In this document: in pieces, positions 9,896 through 18,264 of the stretch | How the letters are laid out: every line of letters starts with the position of its first letter | Numbering within the stretch: position 1 is the first letter of the stretch | Origin: Candidatus Magasanikiibacteriota bacterium | Lineage (GTDB): Bacteria; Patescibacteriota; Patescibacteriia; Magasanikbacterales; 2-02-FULL-50-9b | Direction: 5' to 3' | NCBI GenBank assembly: GCA_903893485.1 | Contig: CAITMK010000004.1 | Location: 431-64,430, forward strand | Length of the DNA: 64,000 nt | The notes under the pieces: model-generated | What the model saw: only the letters and a program-made list of their open reading frames with translations | Databases searched by the model: none | What the model was told of the DNA's origin: nothing | Made by a program: the position numbers and the translations under genes

Positions 9896-10622
9896 ACAGC
9901 GCGGTATGACTGCCGTACATACGCTCGATGTTTTCGGCGGTTAGAACCACGTGTGGTGATCCACGACAGATCATGCGCTTATCGATGCACACGACTTCAT
10001 CAGCATAGCGAAATACAATATCTAATTCGTGCGAAATTAAAATAATGGTGCGCTGCTCTTGCAGCGACAAATCCTTAAGCAAGCTATAAATCGTTTGTCC
10101 ACCGCCGATATCGATACCTGCAGCTGGTTCATCTAAGCACAAAACATTTGCATCATCAGCGAGCGCATATGCTATCATGACTCGCTGCAGTTCCCCGCCC
10201 GATAAAACCGCCAATTGCTTTTTAAATAAATTTTCCGCGCCAACGCGTGACAACCATTTTTTTGTATGCTCCGTTGCTTTGCCAGTGCGAAACCAAAATG
10301 CGCGTGTACCACGACGAAGCAAAAATAATTCTTCGACCGTTAACGGAAATGCGCGAGAAATAAAAACTTTTTGCGGCACATAGCCAATCCGCACACTTGG
10401 TGCCCACAAAACGGATCCGGTATGCGGTAACAGTCCGAGCAATGCCTTCATGAACGTAGTCTTGCCCGCGCCATTCGGGCCAACAATTGCCAGCACCTGC
10501 CCCACCGATAAATCAACTGAAATATTTTCAATTATTTTTGTTCCAAACAAAGAAACACTCACCTCTTTTGCGGTGAGCACATTTTTCGATTCTAAATTAT
10601 TTTGTTTTGGTAACTGGTGCAT
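9855..10622 (-). CDS. Metal ABC transporter ATP-binding protein (ZnuC-like).
   Basis: Walker A GPNGAGKTT, signature LSGGELQR, Walker B LCLDEP. Overlaps the permease gene. Confidence 0.85.
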   Translation of the reverse strand: MHQLPKQNNLESKNVLTAKEVSVSLFGTKIIENISVDLSVGQVLAIVGPNGAGKTTFMKALLGLLPHTGSVLWAPSVRIGYVPQKVFISRAFPLTVEELFLLRRGTRAFWFRTGKATEHTKKWLSRVGAENLFKKQLAVLSGGELQRVMIAYALADDANVLCLDEPAAGIDIGGGQTIYSLLKDLSLQEQRTIILISHELDIVFRYADEVVCIDKRMICRGSPHVVLTAENIERMYGSHTALYAHDGETHTHQHV

Positions 10623-11094
10623 TTGGAACGGTTACAATTTCAATGGCCGTTGCATGCACAATACGCTTTTTAGCGTCGTACACACCTTTGACTTGAATAC
10701 GATACCCAATATCCATGTTAGTAAAATCCTTTTCTTCTCCGTCTTTATTTGAAATTTTGGTGTCTGAGGTAATACGAACGCTGCGCTGATCAAATGCTTT
10801 GATATGATTAAGCACAGACGCTTCGGTGATTACCAAGCTTTTTTCGCCATCGTTAATACCAATTACGGTACCAGACCAACTGGTGGCTTTCGCAGAATTT
10901 GAATTATCCACACCCTCAGCGCGTGATTTGCAGCGAACGCAAACAGCAGCCTTTTTAACTGTTTTTTTAACAGTTTTTTTGGCAGAAGTTAGCTTAACTG
11001 AAGCAACCTTGGCCTTTGTGGCAGCCAAGGAAATTGATGGGGTTGTGAGCGTGAGAATCGTGGCGAAAATGGCTAAGATGAGCTTCTTTCGCAT
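10597..11094 (-). CDS. Secreted hypothetical protein (signal peptide, DUF5666/OB-fold-like).
   Basis: 165 aa. N-terminal MRKKLILAIFATILTLTTPSISLAA signal peptide. It occupies the position where a metal-binding substrate-binding protein would be expected. Confidence 0.45.
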   Translation of the reverse strand: MRKKLILAIFATILTLTTPSISLAATKAKVASVKLTSAKKTVKKTVKKAAVCVRCKSRAEGVDNSNSAKATSWSGTVIGINDGEKSLVITEASVLNHIKAFDQRSVRITSDTKISNKDGEEKDFTNMDIGYRIQVKGVYDAKKRIVHATAIEIVTVPNAPVTKTK

Positions 11095-11134
11095 ATAGTG
11101 AATAAACTATAGCACAATGACCTTTTGTAGTCAA

Positions 11135-11854
11135 TTAACGGAGCCAACCGTAATACAGAACAATAACCCAAGCTGCCGGAATAAGAAAAAGACCCATTGG
11201 CAGGCTGTCCCCGATTTTTTTATGCCCCAGCTTGAGCAAAACCCCCGCAACCACCGCTCCTGCGGTATGAGCTAACAAAAGCAGTAAACCCAACTGTGTT
11301 GGCGTTGCCGCAGCAGCACCAACGATTATTCCAAGACCGACATCACCATCGCCAACCCACTTTCCTCGTGAAATCGCGTAAAGAAAAAAGTAAAACGTGC
11401 AGCCCAAAATTGCAGTAAGCGCGACCATGAGCATGGAACCCGATGACCACTGCGCTAAAATTGTGATAAAAGCCGTGATTACTGCAAACGAACGTGGCAC
11501 CACCATCCAACGAACATCGATATAAAAAATCAAGAGCGTAAAAACCGCAAAAAGTGCCCACCAAATAAACTCTCGCGTTGTGGTAAATCGCCACGCACCA
11601 ATTCCAAGCAGCGCACCGCCAAGCAACTCCATGACAAAATCAGTTACAATAATTTCTGTGCCACAAGAACGACAGCGACCACCAAAACCAAGATACGAAA
11701 AAATCGGAATCAATTCCCACCATGCCTTTTTTCGACGACAGACATCACACGCGGTCATGGTATGGCCGCCCGGATGATCCATCAATGCGCGCCCTGCTAT
11801 GGCCGCAAACGATCCAATCAAAACACCAATAACTGCCCAAAGAACGATCATCAT
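11135..11854 (-). CDS. Type IV prepilin leader peptidase (A24 family).
   Basis: N-terminal CxxC...CxxC (CDVCRRKK...CRSCG) zinc motif, polytopic, GDGDVGL aspartyl motif. Confidence 0.8.
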   Translation of the reverse strand: MMIVLWAVIGVLIGSFAAIAGRALMDHPGGHTMTACDVCRRKKAWWELIPIFSYLGFGGRCRSCGTEIIVTDFVMELLGGALLGIGAWRFTTTREFIWWALFAVFTLLIFYIDVRWMVVPRSFAVITAFITILAQWSSGSMLMVALTAILGCTFYFFLYAISRGKWVGDGDVGLGIIVGAAAATPTQLGLLLLLAHTAGAVVAGVLLKLGHKKIGDSLPMGLFLIPAAWVIVLYYGWLR

Positions 11855-11855
11855 A

Positions 11856-12620
11856 TTATTTTATGAAGTAAAAAATCACGAGCGCAAAAACCACACGATA
11901 TGCGCCGAACCACCAAAAAATATTTGTGCGAATAAGCTGCAGGAATGCCCGAATCACGAGGAGTGCCGTAATGAATGCACCCACAAAACCAACGGCAAGG
12001 AGCATCCATTCGTTACCAGAAAAATGTAGCGGTGTTTTAACCAAATCAAGTCCGCTCGCCGCAAGCATGGTTGGAATCGCGAGCATGAATGAAAATTCAA
12101 TAGCCGCTTCACGTGTGAGACCGGAAAACATACCGCCGATAATGGTGGCGGCGCTGCGCGAAACGCCTGGAATCATTGATAAAATTTGAAATGTACCGAT
12201 AGCAGCTGCTTGTGGATACGTAACCGCTGCGGTGCCCCGCGGCTTTGCGCGTTTGTACCACGACTCAAACGCCATGATTGCAATACCGCCCAAAAGCAGC
12301 GACCATGCAACAACGTGTAAATTACCGAGCAAATAATGCTTGATAAGTTTATAGAGCAATAACCCCGCAATGCCCGTTGGCACAAACGCGGTACAAAGTT
12401 TTAAAAAAAGTGTTCGGTTGCTTAAAATACGTTTTGCGTACAAAACGATTGCTGCCCCGATTGAGCCGAGCTGAATGAAAATTTCAAAACTTTTTTGAAA
12501 TTCAGTTGCCGGAAGGCCGAGCAGTGCGGACGTGGCGATCAAATGACCAGTTGATGAAACTGGTAAAAACTCCGTGACCCCTTCGACGATAGATAAAATA
12601 ATAGCGTGCCAAATTTGCAT
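11856..12620 (-). CDS. uppP: Undecaprenyl-diphosphatase UppP/BacA.
   Basis: VEGVTEFLPVSSTGHL and PGVSRSAATIIGG motifs. Start placed at the internal MQIW Met. Confidence 0.85.
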   Translation of the reverse strand: MQIWHAIILSIVEGVTEFLPVSSTGHLIATSALLGLPATEFQKSFEIFIQLGSIGAAIVLYAKRILSNRTLFLKLCTAFVPTGIAGLLLYKLIKHYLLGNLHVVAWSLLLGGIAIMAFESWYKRAKPRGTAAVTYPQAAAIGTFQILSMIPGVSRSAATIIGGMFSGLTREAAIEFSFMLAIPTMLAASGLDLVKTPLHFSGNEWMLLAVGFVGAFITALLVIRAFLQLIRTNIFWWFGAYRVVFALVIFYFIK

Positions 12621-12639
12621 ATGCGATAAGTATATCATA

Positions 12640-12668
12640 TTGACAGTTTGGCGCATTTTGACTACCAT
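12640..12668 (+). promoter_or_regulatory. Sigma70-like promoter TTGACA-17-TACCAT.
   Basis: ttgaca, then a 17-nt spacer, then taccat. An AAGGAG Shine-Dalgarno lies 5 nt before the ATG at 12698. Confidence 0.5.
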
Positions 12669-12697
12669 TTGCTAGCACACAGCTGCAAGGAGTCAAC

Positions 12698-13243
12698 ATG
12701 CATCGGATATTGGGTTTACACGCACCAACAAAGCCCGCGAGCGATCGAACGGTTTTTACCGGATACACGGTTTTGCGCAAGGAAAGTGGCCATCTGCGCG
12801 AAATCAAGCCAGGCGATTCGGCGTTTTACGCCGAATGGGATCCGCGGAAAGATTCGCAATTCCCGCCCGTGACCGGCCAAGCTGAGATCGTACGCCCGGC
12901 GGATGGCGTGCGGTTTACACTTGAATTTGCAGTGTTCATTTGCTGGCGCGAGATGTGCTGTCACCAACAAACTATTCTCGGCAAATGGGTGACGCTGTGC
13001 GAAATGCCGCGCGAGGAAATGTTGCGGCAGATTGCTGAGCGTATTCGCGAGACTGCGGCCACGCCCCGATTCGAAAACAACCGTGACACCTTCGTGGAAA
13101 CGGATCGTGGCGGCAATCCACACGGCTTCGTTCAAACGCTTCATCACCAAGCGTTCAAGCAGGCAATCGACGATCGGCTGCAAAACCTTGGCTGCGCCCT
13201 GCTCCACACCGAGGCTGGTCTCAGCTGGAAACCGTTGCCGTAA
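12698..13243 (+). CDS. Hypothetical protein (181 aa) in GC-rich islet 1.
   Basis: Perfect SD AAGGAG. Local GC is about 57% against a ~45% background. The minus ORF 12716..13255 is a shadow frame. Confidence 0.55.
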   Translation: MHRILGLHAPTKPASDRTVFTGYTVLRKESGHLREIKPGDSAFYAEWDPRKDSQFPPVTGQAEIVRPADGVRFTLEFAVFICWREMCCHQQTILGKWVTLCEMPREEMLRQIAERIRETAATPRFENNRDTFVETDRGGNPHGFVQTLHHQAFKQAIDDRLQNLGCALLHTEAGLSWKPLP

Positions 13244-13253
13244 CGTCGGCAAC

Positions 13254-13301
13254 AAAAAACGCGCTCGCGAGGAACAACCCCTCGCGAGCGCGCCATTTTT
13301 T
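13254..13301. terminator. Bidirectional rho-independent terminator.
   Basis: A6, then a 12-bp GC stem gcgctcgcgagg/cctcgcgagcgc, then T6. It sits between the convergent 181-aa gene and ppa. Confidence 0.75.
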
Positions 13302-13303
13302 AT

Positions 13304-13819
13304 TTATGCTTTTGCAACAAAATTTGCCTGACACTGTTTGATGATTTCAAATGCTTTTGCTTTGTCGCCGTAGCCTTCAATTACACAAACCTTTTTTTCG
13401 AGATTTTTGTATGTTGCAAAAAATTCTGAGATTTCTGCTTTGAGGTGTTCGTTTACATCGCCAATATCATTGATGTGTTTAAAGCGTGGATCTGCTTTTG
13501 CAACTGCAATAATTTTTTCATCTTGGCCTTTGTCATCGCTCATGATGAGCACACCAACCGGGCGCACGTCAGCGGTGCAACCAGGAAAAAGTGGATTTGA
13601 AACGAGAACGAGTACATCGAGGGTATCGCCGTCGCCGCCCAAAGTTTCTGGGAAAAAGCCGTAATCGAGTGGGTATACCACCGAGCTAAAAAGTACGCGG
13701 TCGAGTTTGATGGTACCACTTGTTTCGTCAAATTCGTATTTGTTTTGGCTGCCGCGTGGGATTTCGATAACCGCGGTGCATAATTCTGGAGCTTTGCTGC
13801 CAATAGAAAAGTGTGACAT
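13304..13819 (-). CDS. ppa: Inorganic pyrophosphatase.
   Basis: 171 aa. YPLDYGFFPETLGGDGDTLDVLV pyrophosphatase signature. Confidence 0.9.
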   Translation of the reverse strand: MSHFSIGSKAPELCTAVIEIPRGSQNKYEFDETSGTIKLDRVLFSSVVYPLDYGFFPETLGGDGDTLDVLVLVSNPLFPGCTADVRPVGVLIMSDDKGQDEKIIAVAKADPRFKHINDIGDVNEHLKAEISEFFATYKNLEKKVCVIEGYGDKAKAFEIIKQCQANFVAKA

Positions 13820-13871
13820 AGAAAAATATTAGTGGGTGGATTTTAACACAATAAAATCCGTCGTGCAAGCC

Positions 13872-14600
13872 TTATTTTTTCTCAAAAATAACCACGTTTG
13901 CAACGGGGGTGTAGCTGTCGATGCTCTCGGTACCATTCGTACCGTGAACCGCAATTCCTGTTGACGCCCCACCATCTAAATTTATTGCCGTTACAATATG
14001 TGGCTGAAATTCGGCGAGTGCCTGCGAAAATTCGTACAACGAAATTTCTTTTTCATCGGCAATAATAATTACCACATTACCGGCTGCATCAAGCGCAATT
14101 GCAGTGCGACGTGCGATATGTGATGAATCTTTTTCAACCGCAGACTTACCCGCACGAATCAATATTGGATAACTCTGTATTGACTCTGGCGCTTGTAAAA
14201 AATTATTTTGCACCGCATCTTCGATCGTGATCGCACCATTATAAAATAATCCACCGCTTTTATCTTTATCAAATAACCGTTCTGAAATTTTTTTTCCACC
14301 TGATGCAACAAATCCTGCTGGTATAAAATCGATGCCCGCGAAGTAGCCGCCATTCACCACCACCGCTGGCGCAGCAGTAGTCACGGCCGCAACAGTTGAT
14401 GAAGTAACGGCGACGCGCATTGTAACCGCCTGAGATGGAACGCGCACAAATGTAAATGGAATTCCTTGTATTGTTGCGCGTTGGAGTTGAAAAAAATCGT
14501 GAATGCGTGGCTGAGTAGCAGTGTGTGCGAAAAAAATAATTATTCCAAAAATACCAGCACTGAGTACCGCATATGCATATCGCATATTAGCCGCCACCAC
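13872..14600 (-). CDS. Phosphodiester glycosidase family protein (DUF2233/NAGPA-like), membrane-anchored.
   Basis: N-terminal TM helix and an INLDGGASTG motif. Confidence 0.5.
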   Translation of the reverse strand: MVAANMRYAYAVLSAGIFGIIIFFAHTATQPRIHDFFQLQRATIQGIPFTFVRVPSQAVTMRVAVTSSTVAAVTTAAPAVVVNGGYFAGIDFIPAGFVASGGKKISERLFDKDKSGGLFYNGAITIEDAVQNNFLQAPESIQSYPILIRAGKSAVEKDSSHIARRTAIALDAAGNVVIIIADEKEISLYEFSQALAEFQPHIVTAINLDGGASTGIAVHGTNGTESIDSYTPVANVVIFEKK

Positions 14601-15891
14601 TCACGAACATGATGACTGCGGCAGCTCCCATTGCAACAAATGTGGTCCACACCAAAATATTTGATAACCATTTGCTGCGATATTCGCCCATAATTTTTTC
14701 GCTGCGTGCAATTTTAGCAATAAGAAAAACTAATGGCACTGCGGCAACTCCATTAAATACTGCGGTAAAAACTAGCGCTTTAATTGGATCAATCCCGACG
14801 TAGTTAATGAGCAATCCAATGAGGGTTGCAATGGTCACGACTCCATAAAATCCATGCGCACGACGAAATTTTAAATTTAATCCGTCGCGCCAATTTGCGG
14901 CTTCTGCAAATGCGTATGCCGCACTGCCAGATAATACTGGAATACCTAAAAAGCCCAATCCGATTACGCCGGTCGCAAAAATTGCTTTTGCTAAAAATCC
15001 TGCATGTGGAAAGGTGTGCACCAGTGGCTCGAGCGCGCGCGCTGCGTCAGCGGCGGTTGCGACATTGGTCAAGCCATTTTTGTGGAGCACGGTCGCGGCA
15101 ACCACAATAATACACCACGTGGTGATTTCTGAAGCAATCATGCCAACCGCATTGTCAACGCGCAGCAAATGCATAAAACGCTTCGTAATTTTGGGCTTCG
15201 CATTTTTTTGCAACATGTGATGTGCACGTTCTTCTTCGACTTCTTGAGATGCCTGCCAAAAAAACATGTACGGCGAAATTGTGGTGCCAAGCACACCGGT
15301 TATAATGAAAAAGAATTGAAAGTTTAATTCAATGTGCGGCACAAAGGTCGCAATAAAAAGTTCATGCCAATTGTGCTCGACAAGTAAAAAGGTAATGGGG
15401 TATGCGAGAAGCGTCAGCGCCGCATATTTTAAAATGCGTGCATATTTTTTGTACGATAAAAATATCTCGAGCAATAAAATAATTACCGTAAAGCTCAGCG
15501 TCAAAATGGTAAAATTGAGCGGAATAATTAATTGAAGCGCTGCGGCCATCGCCCCGATATCTGCGCCAATATTTATCGTATTCGCAATGAGTACAAGCGA
15601 CACGATCGCGAATAAAACTTTTTTACTATAATATTGACGAATCACGGCAGCGATTCCCTTGCCATTGACCGCACCGATACGCGCAACTGCCTCCTGCACT
15701 GCCATCATAAATGGCAGCATGAGCAGCGCGGTCCATAATTGACCAAACCCAAATTGCGCGCCAGTTTGGGTATAGGTTGCGATACCAGATGGATCGTCGT
15801 CTGCAGCGCCCGTCACGATACCAGGTCCAAACGACGTAAAAAGTTTTTTTGTTTTTGCAAAAATCGAAGGCATACAATTATGTAAAAACAC
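14587..15891 (-). CDS. mntH: NRAMP-family divalent metal cation transporter (MntH-like).
   Basis: GPGIVTGAADDDPSGIATYTQTGAQFGF consensus, about 11 TM helices. Confidence 0.85.
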   Translation of the reverse strand: MFLHNCMPSIFAKTKKLFTSFGPGIVTGAADDDPSGIATYTQTGAQFGFGQLWTALLMLPFMMAVQEAVARIGAVNGKGIAAVIRQYYSKKVLFAIVSLVLIANTINIGADIGAMAAALQLIIPLNFTILTLSFTVIILLLEIFLSYKKYARILKYAALTLLAYPITFLLVEHNWHELFIATFVPHIELNFQFFFIITGVLGTTISPYMFFWQASQEVEEERAHHMLQKNAKPKITKRFMHLLRVDNAVGMIASEITTWCIIVVAATVLHKNGLTNVATAADAARALEPLVHTFPHAGFLAKAIFATGVIGLGFLGIPVLSGSAAYAFAEAANWRDGLNLKFRRAHGFYGVVTIATLIGLLINYVGIDPIKALVFTAVFNGVAAVPLVFLIAKIARSEKIMGEYRSKWLSNILVWTTFVAMGAAAVIMFVSGGG

Positions 15892-15955
15892 TATATCATA
15901 TTTTTTTATTCTTACCTATAAAAATGCGCGGCCCCACTGAAGTGAAGACCGCGAC

Positions 15956-16351
15956 TTAATTGTCGTCATCAAGCGACTGGTAATCCTCCACAAAGACGAT
16001 CGCCCCAAGTGCAAAAAACACCAATGGAAACGCGGTGCAGTATGCGATAGGTGTGTGCCAGAGTGGCGCCACGTGAAACGGATTCAGCGCTGCATGAAAG
16101 GCGTCGAAGCCGTCCGTGCGCGTGGTGCCGACCGCCTCTGCCATCATCTCGCCGAGCGCGCCAAATTTCGGGCTTTGCAAGGCAAACGCTGCGTACAGCA
16201 GTATCGTCAGAATGGCGTAGATCAAAACTTCCCACCAGAGCGAATACCCGTTCCAGTGCAGCGCCGCGGCGACACTGACATATCCGAGCAGCGCGCCTGG
16301 AGCGCGAACGCACAGCATCCGCCACAAAACTTTTCCGATTTTTTCTTTCAT
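15956..16351 (-). CDS. Small hypothetical membrane protein in GC-rich islet 6.
   Basis: About 131 aa from ATG (MKEKIGKV), 3-4 TM helices, GC about 57%. The G9 tract lies immediately 5' of the ATG. The ORF-track start uses an upstream TTG. Confidence 0.4.
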   Translation of the reverse strand: MKEKIGKVLWRMLCVRAPGALLGYVSVAAALHWNGYSLWWEVLIYAILTILLYAAFALQSPKFGALGEMMAEAVGTTRTDGFDAFHAALNPFHVAPLWHTPIAYCTAFPLVFFALGAIVFVEDYQSLDDDN

Positions 16352-16355
16352 GGTT

Positions 16356-16364
16356 CCCCCCCCC
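16356..16364. repeat. Homopolymeric C9 (top strand), G9 on the minus strand, in the RBS/initiation region of the 15956..16351 gene.
   Basis: Nine consecutive C in a ~45% GC genome. Candidate slipped-strand phase-variation tract. Confidence 0.6.
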
Positions 16365-16377
16365 AAGTTCTGCAAGC

Positions 16378-16406
16378 TTTATACGGCATAAGTGGCTTTT
16401 TGTCAA
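16378..16406 (-). promoter_or_regulatory. Sigma70-like promoter TTGACA-17-TATAAA (minus strand).
   Basis: RC reads ttgaca aaaagccacttatgccg tataaa, about 20 nt upstream of the G9 tract. Confidence 0.5.
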
Positions 16407-16428
16407 TAGATACGATACAATCAATAGT

Positions 16429-17193
16429 ATGAAACAGTGGCAATCATTTTTTATTATTTTGAGTATTTTTTTTGGCATGCTAATGCCTAGTTTTTCTTTT
16501 GCAAAAACCACATCCCCCGCTGCGGATCGCTATTTGCCAATTTTAATGTATCACCACATCACCAAACGCGTTCCACAAAATCCTTATTTTGTATCTCCCC
16601 AGATTTTTGATCAGCAAATGGCATGGTTGCAGCAAAATAAGTATCAGGTAATTTCCATGGACGCCGCCGCAAGTGCGCTGAAAAATAACACACCGTTGCC
16701 AGAAAAATCAGTGGTGCTCACGTTTGATGATGGGCTGCGTGATCAATATGAAAATGCGTTACCAATTCTAAAAAAATATAATGACACCGCAACATTTTAT
16801 ATTATCACCGGATCCGTTGGCAAAAAAAGTTACCTAACCTGGGACATGATAAAAAAAATGCATGCCGCTGGCATGGAAATTGGCGCGCACACCGAAACAC
16901 ATCCAAATGTCGCACATCTTAGTGGAAATAAATTAACCGAAGAAATTGCCGGTTCTAAAAAAATGTTGGAATCCGAATTAGGAATTCCAGTTACCAGTTT
17001 TGCCTATCCGGGTGGCGCGTATAACGATCGTGCGATTGCAGAAGTTCATGCGGCTGGTTTTACAAATGCCGTATCAACCCGCCATCGTGTCATGCATTCA
17101 ACCACCGAAAATCCCCTCGCACTTGGTCGCATGCACATCGATGACGATATGATTTCGTTTGCGCTTTTTGTAACGGGAAAAAAATTAAACTAA
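16429..17193 (+). CDS. Polysaccharide deacetylase family (NodB homology domain) secreted protein.
   Basis: Signal peptide, then LTFDDGLRDQY (TFDDG motif) and His-rich metal site. Confidence 0.8.
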   Translation: MKQWQSFFIILSIFFGMLMPSFSFAKTTSPAADRYLPILMYHHITKRVPQNPYFVSPQIFDQQMAWLQQNKYQVISMDAAASALKNNTPLPEKSVVLTFDDGLRDQYENALPILKKYNDTATFYIITGSVGKKSYLTWDMIKKMHAAGMEIGAHTETHPNVAHLSGNKLTEEIAGSKKMLESELGIPVTSFAYPGGAYNDRAIAEVHAAGFTNAVSTRHRVMHSTTENPLALGRMHIDDDMISFALFVTGKKLN

Positions 17194-17645
17194 CGTTGGC
17201 GATTATATTTTCCCATGAGTTGGGCGTCTATAATGATATACTGCTCGGCCGCGGCAAGTACTTCTGCTTTAGTTGAGCCAGTTGGCAAATCGAGCTTTTC
17301 ACTAAGTGCAAATAATTTAAAAAAATATCGATGCTCACGATCCGGCGGACATGGCCCCGTATAGCCAGATACGCCACGCGTCGTCACTCCCATTTCACCG
17401 AGTGGCGCTTCCCCTGCGGCAATGTGGCGCGTCTCTGGTGGAATATTCCACAGCACCCAATGATCAAACATGCCGTCTGCTCGCAGATGAGTTGGTACAT
17501 CAGGATCTTCCATGATTAAAACTAAACTTTTTGCAGCCGCTGGCACGTCTAAAAAATCCAGCGGCGGATTATAATTTCCCCCATCACACGTAAATTCTGA
17601 CGGAATAGATGCATTCGGCGCAAATGCCGAACTAGCAAGCTGCAT
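17190..17645 (-). CDS. YbhB/YbcL family (PEBP/Raf-kinase-inhibitor-like) protein.
   Basis: PEBP motifs DPDVP, HW, HRYFFKLFAL. Confidence 0.8.
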   Translation of the reverse strand: MQLASSAFAPNASIPSEFTCDGGNYNPPLDFLDVPAAAKSLVLIMEDPDVPTHLRADGMFDHWVLWNIPPETRHIAAGEAPLGEMGVTTRGVSGYTGPCPPDREHRYFFKLFALSEKLDLPTGSTKAEVLAAAEQYIIIDAQLMGKYNRQR

Positions 17646-17648
17646 AGA

Positions 17649-17903
17649 TTATTTACTAAACAATTTTGAAAATCTGAGTTTCAAAATAGCAAACAAATAA
17701 ATAATTTCGAGGATACCGGCAGTGTTAATGAGTAGTAGTGCCACAAACCACCATTCTTGCCCGCGACGTCCCGCGTGCCAAAGTGCTAATCCTTTCCAGA
17801 GCAAGCTCCAGAGCATTAAAAAAATCATGCCCGTACCAAAGCCGTACATCATTGATGGACCACCAACGCCCGCGCCGTAGTAATTTGAACCAAAATTATA
17901 CAT
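17649..17903 (-). CDS. Small membrane protein (DUF5652-like).
   Basis: 84 aa with a Gly-rich N-terminus and two TM helices. CPR-typical family. Confidence 0.4.
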   Translation of the reverse strand: MYNFGSNYYGAGVGGPSMMYGFGTGMIFLMLWSLLWKGLALWHAGRRGQEWWFVALLLINTAGILEIIYLFAILKLRFSKLFSK

Positions 17904-17931
17904 ATGTCTTTAGTATATACCGTCCACCGTT

Positions 17932-18255
17932 TTATACTAGTGGGTAGCCAGCCGCGCGCCATGCTAAAATTCCGCTCGTTACATTATACAATTCAGCAGT
18001 CAGACCGGCTGCAGACAACATGGCGATCGCCATTTGACTACGGCCACCAGACAAACAGTTTATGTATATTTTTTTATAACCGCTCAGCGATTCAATTTTA
18101 TCCGCAAGTTCATCAACGGGAATATTTACCGCGCCAGAAATTGCACCCTTTGAAAATTCTTCGGGAGTGCGAACATCAAGAATTAAACTATCCGCTGGCA
18201 AACCCGCGGAAATGTACGCCTGCAACTGCTCTACCGAAATTTGTTCACCAACCAT
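17932..18255 (-). CDS. Rhodanese-like domain protein (sulfurtransferase).
   Basis: 107 aa with the active-site loop CLSGGRS. Confidence 0.8.
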   Translation of the reverse strand: MVGEQISVEQLQAYISAGLPADSLILDVRTPEEFSKGAISGAVNIPVDELADKIESLSGYKKIYINCLSGGRSQMAIAMLSAAGLTAELYNVTSGILAWRAAGYPLV

Positions 18256-18264
18256 ATCAAATAA

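Noticed and set aside
12502-12807. Short ORFs (101 aa and 74 aa) in the uppP promoter region.
   Set aside because: They overlap the uppP N-terminus and the promoter/SD of the 181-aa gene, and they have no independent support.
12716-13255. 179-aa minus-strand ORF overlapping the 181-aa plus-strand gene.
   Set aside because: It is a GC-rich shadow frame. The plus-strand gene has a consensus promoter and a perfect AAGGAG SD, and the minus ORF has neither.
15969-16511. 180-aa minus ORF overlapping the small membrane-protein gene and running into the deacetylase gene region.
   Set aside because: The alternative frame is rich in Arg and Cys, which is typical of off-frame GC-rich DNA. It would read through the promoter of the plus-strand gene.
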